Both the position numbers and the translations under genes were made by a program. Shown piece after piece: positions 46,329 to 59,861 of a stretch of DNA of 64,000 nt. The notes beneath the pieces are model-generated. The model was not told where the DNA came from. It did not search any database and worked only from the letters and a program-made list of their open reading frames with translations. Origin of the DNA: the human T2T-CHM13v2.0 reference genome, Homo sapiens; assembly GCF_009914755.1 (NCBI RefSeq), contig NC_060944.1; one strand, 5' to 3'. Position 1 is the first letter of the stretch; every line of letters begins with the position of its first letter.

Positions 46329-49300
46329 TAATAGAGGCAATGTTTAGCCATGCTTGGTGAGACTGCACCCAGTAAGTGTTTGCCATTTTAAGCACAGAAG
46401 GCCATCTTTTCTACAGTATTGGTTCTATCTGCTAAATTCATTTCATACACACTAGCAGGTCTTACCCAGTTTGCAAATACTGTTCCGTAAAGAAGTGGGA
46501 ACGGTCTTGGCAGTCTTTGAAGAATGGTATGTTCCACTTAGAGCCTGTCTCCGTATCTCCCTCAATGGGGGATCTTGGGCAAGCTCCTTCCACAGTCTGA
46601 GCCTCAGTTTTCTGGTCTGTCGAAGGGGAATTGCTGTACCTCTCCTGTAAAGCCAAACTGAGGACTAGTGAGAAAACGCCGAGTTGGGGCTCAGCACGGG
46701 GCCAGCCCTCAGGGACATTCAGCACTGTTTTCATTATTTCCTGTTCTGTTACACGCTCTGCTGTTACACAAGGAAAATAACAACCATACAGCAGCAACTG
46801 TTCTAATCACATCACACGCATAGCTCCTTTAATCACAGCCACACAACAGGTAGGGACTGAAACACAGAGACATCAAGCAAGTTGCTTGAGGTCACACAGG
46901 TAAGAAGCTTGGGTCTCAGCTCAGCCTTTCTGGCTGAAAGTCAATGCTGTTATCACTGTAACTACACTAGAACTTGTCTTGAACTGTCCCTAGAAATGGG
47001 AGTGTCTGGGGGTTAGGGGGGAGGTTAAAAAACCAAAACCTGTAAACCACTGTGACTTAGGGCTTATGTAGCCAGCATCTTATCACTGGACAGCACATGT
47101 TCTGAGGGCATGCCAAGGGTTTCACAGAACACGTGAGGCTCCACTGTGTGCTCACAGCTGCAGGGGGCCAGAAGCACCCTGTGGGGTCCCAGCAGGTAAG
47201 GAGCTTAGGCCTGGCTGGAGGATAAACCACCCTCCACAGGGAAGTTAGATAACCAGCAGGTGGGTGCAGCCCCCAGGTCCCTGCTCCTCCTGCCAGCCCG
47301 CTGAAGCAGTCCCGCCCCTGCGAGTTAGAATTCTACAGAAAAATCTGATTTCTGTTCTCTAGTGTTTAAAGAACCCTCTGATCCTAAGGAAATCTAAAAA
47401 CTTTGGCAACTGGCAACTCCAACCTGCCAGAAAAGCCTCCCTCCCCATGCTCTTTCCTTTAATTTATCTTATGTTATTTTGAATAGTGAATACCTGCACA
47501 TAGTACAGAGGTAGCAGTTAAGTCTGCCTCCCACTTTTAACCCATAGCCATCCAGATCTCTTCCCCAGAAGCAGCCCCCATCACCAGTTTCTTCTGTGTC
47601 CTTCAAGAGATAGTCTGTGCACGACTAAGCATACATGTATATTGAACACTTTTATACAGATGGTAAAAACCTAACCCTAAACCTACCAGGACTCATAAGC
47701 TTGTAGCAACTGCCAACGGTCTGTTCTGGTCTGCTCTTTTTATCACTGAGTTGCAGTGCCAGGTTCTGAATTCTGTCTGAGAGAACTGGACCAATCAAGG
47801 AAGCCACTGGCAAATTTCATTCAATGAACATCTTGTTGGACTCGGTAGGAAGGTGTGCAGGGATCAATTAGTGATGCCTGCCATGACCACGGGAGGGGAG
47901 TTTTAGGATAGGTGCTCAGATTGTTCTCCCTCAGTCTAGTAAATGTTTCCTGTACTTTGAATATATTATACATGGCTTTGTCACATCAAAATTCCACCTC
48001 CACTATTATTTGATTTTTTTTTTAATTTACAGACTTCTTTTGGTTCAAAAGTAAATTCATTTTAAAAGCCAAATTTATAGCACTACCTTAAATGGAAAGC
48101 CAGTTTTGTTTGCCATAAATGGAAGGTTTGGTAAGAATAAATTCACTAAAAATAAAATTATAAAATAAATATAAAATAAAATTGGTAAGAATATATTCAC
48201 TAAAAGTTAAATTATAGCCAAGTATCCAAATCTGAAGACACAAAGAGATTAGCGAGTGTGAAAGATGTTCTCCTTAACCCAGGAATAATTAATACTAATG
48301 TAATACTCAGTTCCAGGTGCTCCCTCATTAATTGCTTACAACTACCATATAAAGTAGAAATTATTATCACGTCTATTTTATAGAGGAGGAAACTGAGGCA
48401 TGGCAAGGGTCAGTGATAGGTGCAATGTCACTCAGCTAATGAGTGGTAAAGCCAGGAGTTGGACCCAAGCCGTCTAACTCCAGACTCCAAGCTCTTCACT
48501 TCTGAGCTAGGCTGCCTATTAGATCGATTAAAAGAAATTAAAAGGGAAGTCATCTAAAATTATCTTTTGTATCATCACTGGTGGTTTCTGTCACACTTTG
48601 GCAGCCCTAGATTGGTAGAAAGAGCCAAACTGGACTTAAGGCTTAAGTCTGGGTTCTAACCCTGTCTTTGTTACAAATTCATATATGACCCTGGTCATTC
48701 AGCCTCTGACCCTCCACTTCCCCATCTGTGAAGTACAGGAGTTAGGCTGTATTTGAGCTTCCAGATGGCGGGAACCATCCCTTATCTCAAAGAACCCACA
48801 GCACCTGGCACGCATTATCAGTTAGAGTTCATTCAGCCACCAGCAACAGAGAACCGAGTGTCCCAGCTTCCCTCTGTCGGTCTACCCTGCTATACTTGGA
48901 CTTAGCTTTTTCATCCTTATGCCTCTTATCACCTCATGGTCACAAGACAGCTGCTTCACCTCCAGCCGTCACCTCCACATTACAGGAAGGCAGAAGAGAA
49001 AAGCAAGAAGGAGCAATGCCACAATCAGGAAAGCCGAAGTTTTCAGGTTTTGCTTTAATGGCTGGATTTGTGTTATATGGCCACTCTTGGCTGCAAGGGA
49101 GATAGAGAAGTGATCATTTTTACCTGGGTACATTGCCGCTCCAGTTGGATTTTCTTAACAAGAAAGGAGAGGAAGCAGATATTGAGTAGGCACCCATTAG
49201 GCGACTGTAAATACTTAAAGAAGGAAAGGCGAGAGGGAGGAAGGGGAGGATTAATCCTTCAGACCCCTTCCAGCTCTATAGAGCTGTGATAAAAGAATGT

Positions 49301-52149
49301 TCATCCTGCTGTCTTACAGAGCTCTGGGCCCAAAAGTATGAATGTTATATTTTTCCTTAAAAGGGTTTTTCTGTGAACTTCTGCATGTTGAGGCCACTTT
49401 TGTTTTTATTGGCAAACTTATTCCAGGGGAATGAGAGTTCATCACAGTACAGATGTATATTTAAGTAGGACAGGAGGCACAGGCAGGGGACCCACGGAAA
49501 GGGAATGTTTTAAAAGGGAGAGGCCAACATTCAGGCTGGGAAGAGTACACAGGAGTCTCAGGAAGGAGGTGTCAGGTGCCTTCCAACACAGCCAAGGACT
49601 GGAAGTAGCCCTGAAGCCAGTCCTGCTTCTCCCTGGCTGCCCGTGGTCATGGGTGCAGGCCGCATTCTTTTGTGAGGCCTCTCAGCATCCTTTCTGCAGT
49701 GCTGTCTTCAGAAGGTGGTGTTTATCCTTTCATTTATGACCTGGCCTGACTTTGCACTTTTTCCTGTCACTTTCTAGCTGGGTAGCCTTGGACAAGTTTC
49801 TTAACCTCTCTGTTCCACAGTATCTTTGTCTATAAAATGGGCTGATGATAATACGCATTTCATAGAACTGTTGTGAGGATTAAATAAGTTAATACGTATA
49901 AAGCTCACAGAAACTTTCCTGACACATAATAAGTTCTCAATCTTACCACACCATCATCATTATTGCCATTATCATCATTGTCCTGTCTGAGTGGGTCAAT
50001 AGAAGCTGACACCTTCCCAATCAATGTTGAGCAGTTTTTGAGTAGTTCTTTCACTTTTTTAGTGATCAAGAGGATATTGATAGGATATAGATATTGATAG
50101 TTCAACATTACGAGGTGTTTGGATCCAAACAAAGTTGTCCAGGTTGTCCAGTAATAGACTATCCTTTTAACCACAGACTTAAATCTGTGTTTTTGGAGAC
50201 AGGGCACTAGGAAAGTGTTCATAGGGCATGCTGGTATGGACAAAGTTGGATACTGTTAATCAGCACAGCCCTTCCCACTGGAGCTCTGCTTTTGATTTTA
50301 CACAACTCCAGGGGGCACCATTCACATCAAAGTCATCATAGACTCAGTCATCAGACCATTTTCAACATATGGCGTTAAGGTGTCTTGAGAAAGTGAGAGG
50401 CCTTTTTCTAGCGGGGCTGCTTTCCATATGCTCTGGTCCACCCTTCCAAGAACCACAGATAGCCCATGAACCCTTCTTAGACTTACTCATTCATTCAGCA
50501 TATGTTGGGTGACACCCACTGTGTGCCAGGCATTGTTCCAGGCACTAGAGATGCATCCGTGGACAAAGTAGACAACAGTCAATACTCACAGTGAGAAAGA
50601 CAGACAAAAATCAATATTTGTAATAGAATAAATAAGTACATTGTATTGTAGGGTGAGAAACGCTATGAATGAGGAACAAAGTAGAGTCTTTCGGGGGGGT
50701 GGGGGCAATAGCAAGTTGCACTGTTCAACCAGGTGGTCAGGCTGGGTCGCACTAAGAAGTTGGCGTTGAGCACATGGTTCATTCAGCGATCACATTTTTG
50801 TAGAACGCTGTTCATTTTTTAATTCCTTCACTCAGCAAACATTTATTGAGGGCATGCCAAGTGCTTAACTAACATTCTCTCATTTCATCTCACAAAAATC
50901 CTATCTATAATTACTGATATTTCTCCCATTTTGTAAATGAGAAATTTGAGTCACAGGGAGGCAGAGTGACTTGCTCAAGGTCATACAATCGGAGAACAGC
51001 AGAACCTAGTTCTAAATCCAGGACTGAGACACTGCCAAGGAAGCATAAATACACTGCTTCTCACTGTACTCATCTAGAGAGAGAAAACAATACTAAACAG
51101 ATCATCATGTACCTAATTACATCATTGCAATTGTGGTAATTGCTATGAAGGAAGAGTACAAGGGGCTTTGAGGAACTGTAACTGGGCCTGGGGAAATACT
51201 AAGCCCAGTGTATGGACTGGTGATTGCTGTGTAACAAAACACCCCAAAATGCAGTGGCTTAAAACAGCAATAATGGATCATTTCTCGTAATGTCTTGGAT
51301 TGGCTGGGCTCAGCTAGGTGGTTTTCCACTCTTCCTGGTGATACTTGGGGCCACACATAACAGCTGCATTCAGCTGAGATGCCCAAGAAAGCTATCCCCA
51401 TTCATCTGGCAGCTGGTGCTACTATAGGCTGGGGCACCTTGGTTCTCTTCCACATGGACTCTCTTCCTCCAGATATCCAACCAGCTTCCTCATAGCATAG
51501 TACTGGGTTCTAAGGAAAAGAAGGTGGAAACTGCCAGCTATTTTAAGGCCCGGACTCAGAAGTCCCAGAACATCATTTCTGCCACATGCTGTTGGTCAGA
51601 GCAAGTCACAAGGCCAGCCCATATTCAAGGAGAGGGGAAGATGTGGGAACAGTATACACATACAGGGATCAGAAGAGTTCTTGACAGCCATATTTGAAGG
51701 TCAGCCTACCACATCCTGTCCTTAAAATGTCTCACAAGTTTCTAGAGTAACTGGAGCACAGTGCTTCCATGGATTTGTTACCTTGAAGACGTTCTGCCTG
51801 AAGCTGCCCCTGTCTTCTTCCTCAACTCTTTTCATATCCGTCTACATGAGCAATGGAATTGCTATGGAACCAAGAGAACTTTTGTCAGGAATTTGCAGGG
51901 GCCTGTTTTTGAGAATTTTTTTCAGCATCAATGGTATATGCGGGTTTGGGAGTAGTGTTAGGGTATATTTCCAGCTTCTATAACAAAGATCAAAACTAAC
52001 AATGGTTTGATGAAGTAGCGGTTTATTTCTCTCTTATGTAACAGTTGGGTGTTACAGAGGAGGAGACCCAGACTCTTCTCATCTTGCTGTTCCACAAGTC
52101 TGTGTTGCTGTCCTCTTCTATACGACAGCTAACATCTTAAGGCTAACGT

Positions 52150-52510
52150 CTAAGTCCATTTGGGCTGCTATAACAAACAGAATATCATAGACTGGGTAGC
52201 TTATAAACAACAGACATTTACTTCTAACAGTTCTAGGGACTGGGAAGTCCAAGATCAGGGTGCCAGCATGGTCAGGTTCAGGTGGGGACTCTCTTCCTGG
52301 TTCATAGACCACTAACTATCTTTTTGTTGTGTCCTTACATGGCAGAAAGAAGAGAGCTTTCTGGGGCTTCTTTTATAAGGGGCTTCTTTTATAATCACCT
52401 TCATGAGGGCTCGACTTTCATGACCAAATCACCTCCCAAAGGTCTCACCTCCAAATACTTTCATGTTAGGAATTAGCTTTCAACATGTGAATTTTGGAGG
52501 GACACAGCTA
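52150..52510 (-). mobile_element. MaLR LTR (MSTC/MLT1A-like)
   Basis: gggctgctataacaaacagaatatcatagactgggtagcttataaacaacagacattt...catgtgaattttggagggacac. Confidence 0.8.
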
Positions 52511-53487
52511 AAACTTGTGAGCTTGATCACTGTGAGACAGAAGGAAAGAATGGACATTGTGGGCAGTTACCAGCCTCTACCACTCATGGCTAGTGGGGGA
52601 ACCAGCATGTAGATACACCGAAGGATGAAGGTGTCTGCATCTCTCATCATCTCTGCACAGAGCAGTGTCAGCTGTGGGCTGCCCACCAGAATTCCCAGCC
52701 CTCATCCTAAAACAACAGCCCTCCCTTGGTACAAACATCCAGTGAGTGAGCTTTGATGGGAGGCTTGTGTAGGGGGGTGGGCTGGGTCCAAGCCCTCCTA
52801 GCCAAGCGTGTATGGATTTCATGCTAATCTGCCTTTCTGGACTAGTCCATTCATCTATTCAAAATGTGTCGCCAGGTGGCTGCGACCACGAAGGGTCCAA
52901 ACTAGGGCCAGTTCTGGACCAGGTTTGACACTGTAAAATATGACTGTTAAGGTGAGTTCAAGAGTTCAGCAGCTTGGTGAACTCTTGTGTATCTATCTGG
53001 GAAGGGTTCTGACAGATCTCAGCTGCCTCATGGAACAAGCACAACTCTTACTGCAGACAGCTTACCACTTAGCTGGGCAACCTTAGACATGTTACTTAAC
53101 TTCTTTAAGCTTCAATGTCCTTATTTTTAAGATTGTCAGGCTGGGGTATGATATCTGTCTCCCCTGGGTTATTGTGAAGACAAAAATAAGATCAGATTAG
53201 GGCAACTTGCTCATTTTCTAAAATGTATCGTGTACATTTCTCAAAGAATGATTTTTTTTCTCTTTTCAAAGTTTAAATGTTGTAGTGCATCCCCATGAAT
53301 ATCCACTTACGCTGTAGGATCCTGAAGGTCGGGGGCTGTGTCTTATTCCCCTCTGCATCCCTCAGTGAGTAATTCTGGGCCTGGGAGTGAGCAGTTCCCC
53401 ATTAAACGTGGGCATGCATGAATGAGTGCGTGGATGATCTGAGACTCCTAGGCGAGGGGCAGCAAACACAAATGCCCACAGGAGTAG

Positions 53488-53877
<390 letters not shown>

Positions 53878-53894
53878 TAGGGACAAGGATATTG

Positions 53895-54343
53895 TCTTGT
53901 GTCCCACTGGTGCTGTAACAAAGTGCCACACAGTTAATAGCTTAAAACAAAACAAATTTATGACCTTATCGTTCTGGAAATTAGAATTCCGAAATCAAGG
54001 TGTTGGCAGGGCTGCTTCCTTCTGCAGGCTCCATGGGAGGATTCATTTTCCCTGCTGCCCGCATTCCTTGGCTTGTAGCCTCTTTCTCCATCCATCTCGC
54101 TCCCAGCCTCCCAAAGTGCTAGGATTACAGGCATGAGCCACCGCGCCCCTGCCTCCCTCTTAGTAAGACAATTGTGATTATATTGGGCTCACTGATAATC
54201 CAGGATCATCTGCCCATCTCAAGGCCATTAACATAATCACATCTGAAAAGTCCCTTTTGCTGTATAAACTAACTCGACTTATTCACAAATTCCGAGGATT
54301 AGGACATGAACACGTTTGAAGAACCATTATTCCGCCTACCACA
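53895..54343 (-). mobile_element. MaLR LTR (MLT1C/D-like) containing a ~50-bp Alu 5' fragment
   Basis: gctgtaacaaagtgccacac...aatcacatctgaaaagtcccttttgc...cctaccaca. Confidence 0.78.
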
Positions 54344-54630
54344 GATACACAGAAACATTTTTAACTGTAAGAAAGCTATCAGGCCAAGGATGATGGCATT
54401 TTTCCCCAGTATTAAGGAGACCTCAGGGAGGGGAGGAGAGTGTGGCCACGTGGAGAACACATGCTCCATCTAAAAGGGGCTGCTACTCACTTTTAGAGTA
54501 TGGTTATTACATATGAGAAACTGGGCCTGATTTGCCAGAACTTCCCCCACTTTTTTGTTCAAAGGGAAGCCCAAAATCTGGGTTTTCATGGGAAATTATT
54601 ACATTTTGTCAGTTTCAAAAATATTATGCA

Positions 54631-54931
<301 letters not shown>

Positions 54932-55304
54932 TACTGTGCAGCAGTTCCCTGGCAGATATTATGAAATGTGCCAGGCTGGGAGGCTCAAGACTCTATAAAT
55001 TGCTGAATCTGTGTCCCCTGCTTCACTCCCAGCAAGAGAGAAGTAACAGAGGTGAGAGTAAGAAGAAGAATGATACTAGTAGTGGGTGACATTTGTTCCA
55101 GCATTTCTGAGTTCCAACACGTTATGGTACTCAACACATTAAATGTATTAATTCATGTGGTTCTCACAATGGCCCTGGAAGATGGGTGCTATTTGAAGAC
55201 CCATTTTGCAGATGGAGAAACTGAGGCACAGAGGCACTAAGTCACTTGCACAGGGTCACATAGCCAGTAAATAGCAGATTCAAACTCAGTCAGTCCCTAT
55301 TCTG

Positions 55305-56278
55305 TTTCTTTTTAACTTTCTATTTTAAATTAAGTTTAGACTTACAGAAAAGTTGCAAAGATAGTACAGAGTTCCCTGAAGCCCTTCTCCCGCTTTCCCT
55401 AATGTGAACCTCTTACATAACCATCGGGCAGTGATCAGAACTAGAAAAATGACATAGGTGCAGTGCTTTTAACTAAACTACAGACTTTATTTGGATTTTA
55501 CCAGTTTTTCCAGAAACATCCATTTTCTGTTGCAGGATCCAGTCAAGGGTCCCTGATATGGTTTGGGTGTGTGTCCTCTCCACATTGTTGGAGGTGGGGC
55601 CTGGTGGGAGGTGTTTGGATCATGGGGGCGAATCCCTTGTGAATGGCTTGGGGCTCTCCTCGTGATAATGAATGAGTTCTCTCTGTTAATTCACCTGCAG
55701 ATCTGGTTGTTTCAAAGAGTCTGGGACCTCCCCCTTTCCCTCTCTCTTGCTCTGTCTCGTCGTGTGACACCCCCTGCTCCATGTTGTCATGTGACACACC
55801 TGTTCCAGCTTCGCCTTCCGCCATGAGTAAAAGCTCCCTGAGGCCCCCCCAGAAGCTGAGCAGATGCTGGCACCATGCTTGTACAGCCTGCAGGACCATG
55901 AGCCAATTCAACCTCTTTGCTTTAAAAATTACCCAGCTTCAGGTGTTTCTTTATAGCATGCAAAATCTGATGACAAACACAGTCCCACTTTGCATGTAGC
56001 TGTGCCTCTCTCTCTAGGCTCCCATCTGTGACAGACCCCCCCCCCACCGCCACCAGTCTGTCTTTCTCTCATGATTTTGACACTTTTGATGAATACTAGC
56101 TGGACATTTTGGCAGTTGTCCCTCAATATGGGCGTGTCTCCTGTTTCCTGGTGATTAGCTTGAGGTTGTGCACTTTTGTCAAGGAGATCACATAAGTGAC
56201 GTTGCACCCTCAGTGCATCTTTCCAGGGGCTGCACGATGCTGATGTCTTATTATTGGTGATGTTAACCTTGATCATCA
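55305..56278 (-). mobile_element. L1MC-like 3' end interrupted by an MST LTR (55554-55981, + strand, TSD gtccc)
   Basis: tttagacttacagaaaagttgcaaagatagtacagagttccc is an L1M 3'UTR motif; the MST runs tgatatggtttgg...acaaacaca and is flanked by gtccc. Confidence 0.85.
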
Positions 56279-56397
56279 TGCTCGAGTGCCTCGTAAGATC
56301 ACAAATCCTGTATCTGTCTGTCCCAATGGGGCAAGGAGTCTCGTAGAAATCTGCATGGTTCTCAGGTATGCCTGCCGGAGAGCTTGGCTTTCTCTCT
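56278..56397. repeat. Inverted copy of 57014-57133 between 18-bp direct repeats
   Basis: Ungapped reverse-complement alignment with 13 mismatches in 120. Flanks are tgttaaccttgatcatca (56261-56278) and tgttaactttgatcatca (56398-56415). Confidence 0.93.
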
Positions 56398-58787
56398 TGT
56401 TAACTTTGATCATCAGAGTCTGGGTCCTAACCCCTTGGTTTAAATGCTTTCTGTATGTAGCGAGAGGGAAAAATATAAAACAAACACAAAATATTCAGCA
56501 GGACACATCAGCAGACCTCACCCATCCCTTGGGCTGACCTAGTAAATACGTATGAAGTGCTCAGTAACAGTGAATAACCTCCAAATTTTAAGAAGGCTTA
56601 AAAACACCCACTAGTGATGGCAGGAGTGGGAAAGAAAAGCACCCACATTCGGGGACTTTGGAAATAATTCAAGCAATGAAGATTGGAAGAGATGATCAGG
56701 GAAGGGGAAATAAATCCAGCAGAGATGAAAGCCAAGGTCCGCAGCTGCTCGGACCATCAAACCTTTATAAGCAATGTGAGGTTTTTAAGGAAAGGAGTGA
56801 ATTATAGCTGTTAGGACCAAGGACAAAAAGGCTTTGATCTAAAAGTGGGAGACATCTTAAAGGAAGCTGTGGCTTTTGCATAAGGTATTTCCACATCCTC
56901 CTGGGGTGCATTAGATGAACCCATTTGGAATTTACAGGTCTGCAGAAGGGCCCTTATTCCTAAGGGTATACACTTGAAACAAGCGGCTTTGCAGGAGTGG
57001 AGTTGATATTTGGAGAGAGAAAGCGTAGCGCTCCAGCAGGCATACCTGAGAACCTTGCAGCGTTTTACGAGGCTCCTTGCCCCGCTGGGACAGACAGATA
57101 CAGGATGTGTGATCTTACGAGGCATTCGAGCATTGCCATGGGAGGTCATTTTGGTGAGCCCTTGACCTCTCCATTTGAAAAGTATCAGTTTGGAAAAGGT
57201 TGTCTTTACTGCCAGGAAACTTTAGAACAGAGGCTATAACATGGCTTTTTGGACAGTCACTCTGTCGCTAACCAGATGTTGGCCTCTGTTTGCCCTGGGG
57301 CGAGACCCTAGCCTATGCCGGACTTTCCCTCTCGTTGAGCACTGGCTGCCAAGGACTCATCACAGCACGTTCTGCATCGCTTCGCCATTGCAGTGTATGC
57401 ACGGTGCACGTGGCTGGCATCGCAGAACGCCATCAAAACAGCCCCATAGGCGGCCATCTGCTGTGAAGAAATCAGAAGTATGTGCACCACATACATCTAG
57501 GTGCATTGGGAGGAAGAAGTAGGGGGGCGGATTTTTAGCTGGGTTAAGTCAAATACCCACCGAAACTATGAATGAACCTTCCAGTAGGACCAAAAATTAC
57601 AGCAGATTGGAAATGGGAGAAAACTGAGATGAAGAACAAGCCCCCGAGGCAGACACTCCTGGGTTCTAATCCCAGTTTTGCTCATAATCTGTGAGTTTTA
57701 ATTTGCAAGTTGCTTAACCTCAAGGATGAAAGCTTCAGTTTCTCACCTCCTGCAAGTCTGTCCTCAGATGTGGAGCCTTCTCTGATGACCCAACCCGGAC
57801 CCCAGTGTTCCTGGGTCCCCTTCCAGCTTAGCTGGCTCCAGCACCTATGACCATGGGACACATTATTTTATATATTTATGCACCCTCAGCCCCTCCTGAC
57901 TCATGTCAGCTCCACAGAGGCAGGGATTTCATCAGTATCCTGCTTAGGACAGACTGGCACACAGTAGGTGCTCAGGAAACATCAGTGAAACGATTGAAAG
58001 GAGTCACCGACCTTGCTCTGTTGTTTTCCTTTTTGGCAGAGGATAAGCTAGGATAACCACAGCTCGGGGCTCAGCATAGTGCCCGGCACAGAGCAGATGC
58101 CCAGCAATCAGTAACTATTGCTAATGTCAACTCATTCACTTTTTTCATTCAATGAATAGTTATCAAACGTTTGTTGTGTGCCAGGTTCCAGCTGGAAATA
58201 GTGCCGAGAACAAAACAGATACTCCTTTTTTTCCCCCCAGAAATTATTTCTTGAGAGCCTACCACGTGCCTCCCACTCTCCCATGAACAAAAGACAGCCT
58301 CTGCTCCCATGGGGCTCATATTCCAGTGGGAATGTGATAAACAATAAAAGCAACCCTGAAGAAATGAGATGATTTCAGAGGCGTGCTACTAAAAGAAAAA
58401 GCTTTAGAACCAGGGTCATGTGCAAGGTGTGGCTGGAGTTGGGGGGAGCATGGGGGCTGCTTTAGCTGGAGTGGTCAGGGGAGGTCACATGTGAGCTGAG
58501 ACCCAAATGAGGAGGAGGAGGAGAAGCCAGCATGGGAGGGGCTGGGGCCCCCACCTGTGGTCCTGGCAGCATCAGCATCACGAGGGGCGTGTTAGAAATC
58601 TCAGGCCTCATCCAGAACCTTCAGAGTCTGTGAACGGATTGCTCAGCTACTGCTGGGCATTTACCCCAAGCCGACCTTTGTTACTAAGGAATGTTTGGGG
58701 CTTGAGAGTGCCAGTCCTCTGCTGAGATTTGCAGTGCCCTTTTGTAAACCGCTACAAGGCAAAATAGGTCGTTTTAGGAGTCCTGCT

Positions 58788-59060
58788 TCTTTCTTTTTAT
58801 CTTTTTTCTTTTTTTGAGACAGGGTCTCATTCTGTTGCCCAAACTGGAGTGCAGTGGTGTGATCACAGCTCACTGCAGCCTTGACCTCTGGGTTCAAGCA
58901 ATCCTCCTGCCTCAGCCCCCAAGTAGCTGGGACTGTCACCATACACGTGTCACCATACCCGGTTATTATTCTGTATTTTGTAGAGATGGGATCTCACTAT
59001 GTTGCCCAGGCTGATCTCAAACTCCTGGCCTCAAGCAATCCTCCTGTCTCAGCCTCCCAA
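58788..59060 (-). mobile_element. Alu (AluJ-like), 5'-truncated
   Basis: gagacagggtctc...ctcaagcaatcctcctgtctcagcctcccaaa. Confidence 0.88.
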
Positions 59061-59558
59061 ACGGGCTTCTATTTCTTTTATCCACATTCACAGTATAAGA
59101 CTGAGACATGAAATATTTCCAGCCACCATCTGGGTAGGACCTGGTGTCATTGAGTGTGTCCCCTATGTGGTCCTGGAAGTCAAGGACTGTGTCTGGGTCA
59201 TCTTCGTCTCCCCAGCCCTTAACCTATTGCCTGTGGAGGGCATAGAATTGGCCACCCTCCATGGTGGGCCTTACGTAGTTTCTCGACCTTTTTTTCATTA
59301 TTGTCCCCCACCCCCACTCCCACCTCAAGGATCCTTTTTAGACATTTTTTCTTCTAGATGAAATTACAAAGAATAAGGGAGAATGGAAATTGGAGGCCAC
59401 CCAGATCTCTCTCTCTCCACCCTTAGAGCCCTTATTGGTTTTGCAAGTTTCTCAGCAAGAAAGACTTCTTTATGAAAAGCGAATGCCACGGACATGCTGT
59501 ACATCTGTTTATGTGCTGAAGGTGTATCTCTACTTCATTCATAAAAAGAGTAACATTC

Positions 59559-59861
59559 GGCCGGGTGCAGCGGCTCATGCCTGTAATCCCAGCACTTTGG
59601 GAAACCAAGATGAGCAGATTGCTTGAACCCAGGAGTTCTCGACCAGCCTGGGCAACATGACAAAACTCCGTCTCTACTAGAAATACAAAAAATTAGCCGG
59701 GTGTGGTGGCGCATGCCTGTAGTCTCGGCTACTCAGGAGGCTGAGGTGGGAGAAACAACCGAGCCCAGGAAGTCAAGACTGCAGTGAGCTGAGATCATGC
59801 CACTGCACTCCAGCCTGGGGGACAGGAGTGAGACCTTGTCTCAAAAAAAAAAAAAAAAAAA
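59559..59861 (+). mobile_element. Alu (AluJ-like), TSD aaaagagtaa(c/g)attc
   Basis: Full dimer with a 15-bp TSD. Confidence 0.92.

Noticed and set aside
55745-55805. Short internal duplication in the MST LTR (tgtgacac twice)
   Set aside because: Small slippage duplication within a repeat with no evident consequence.
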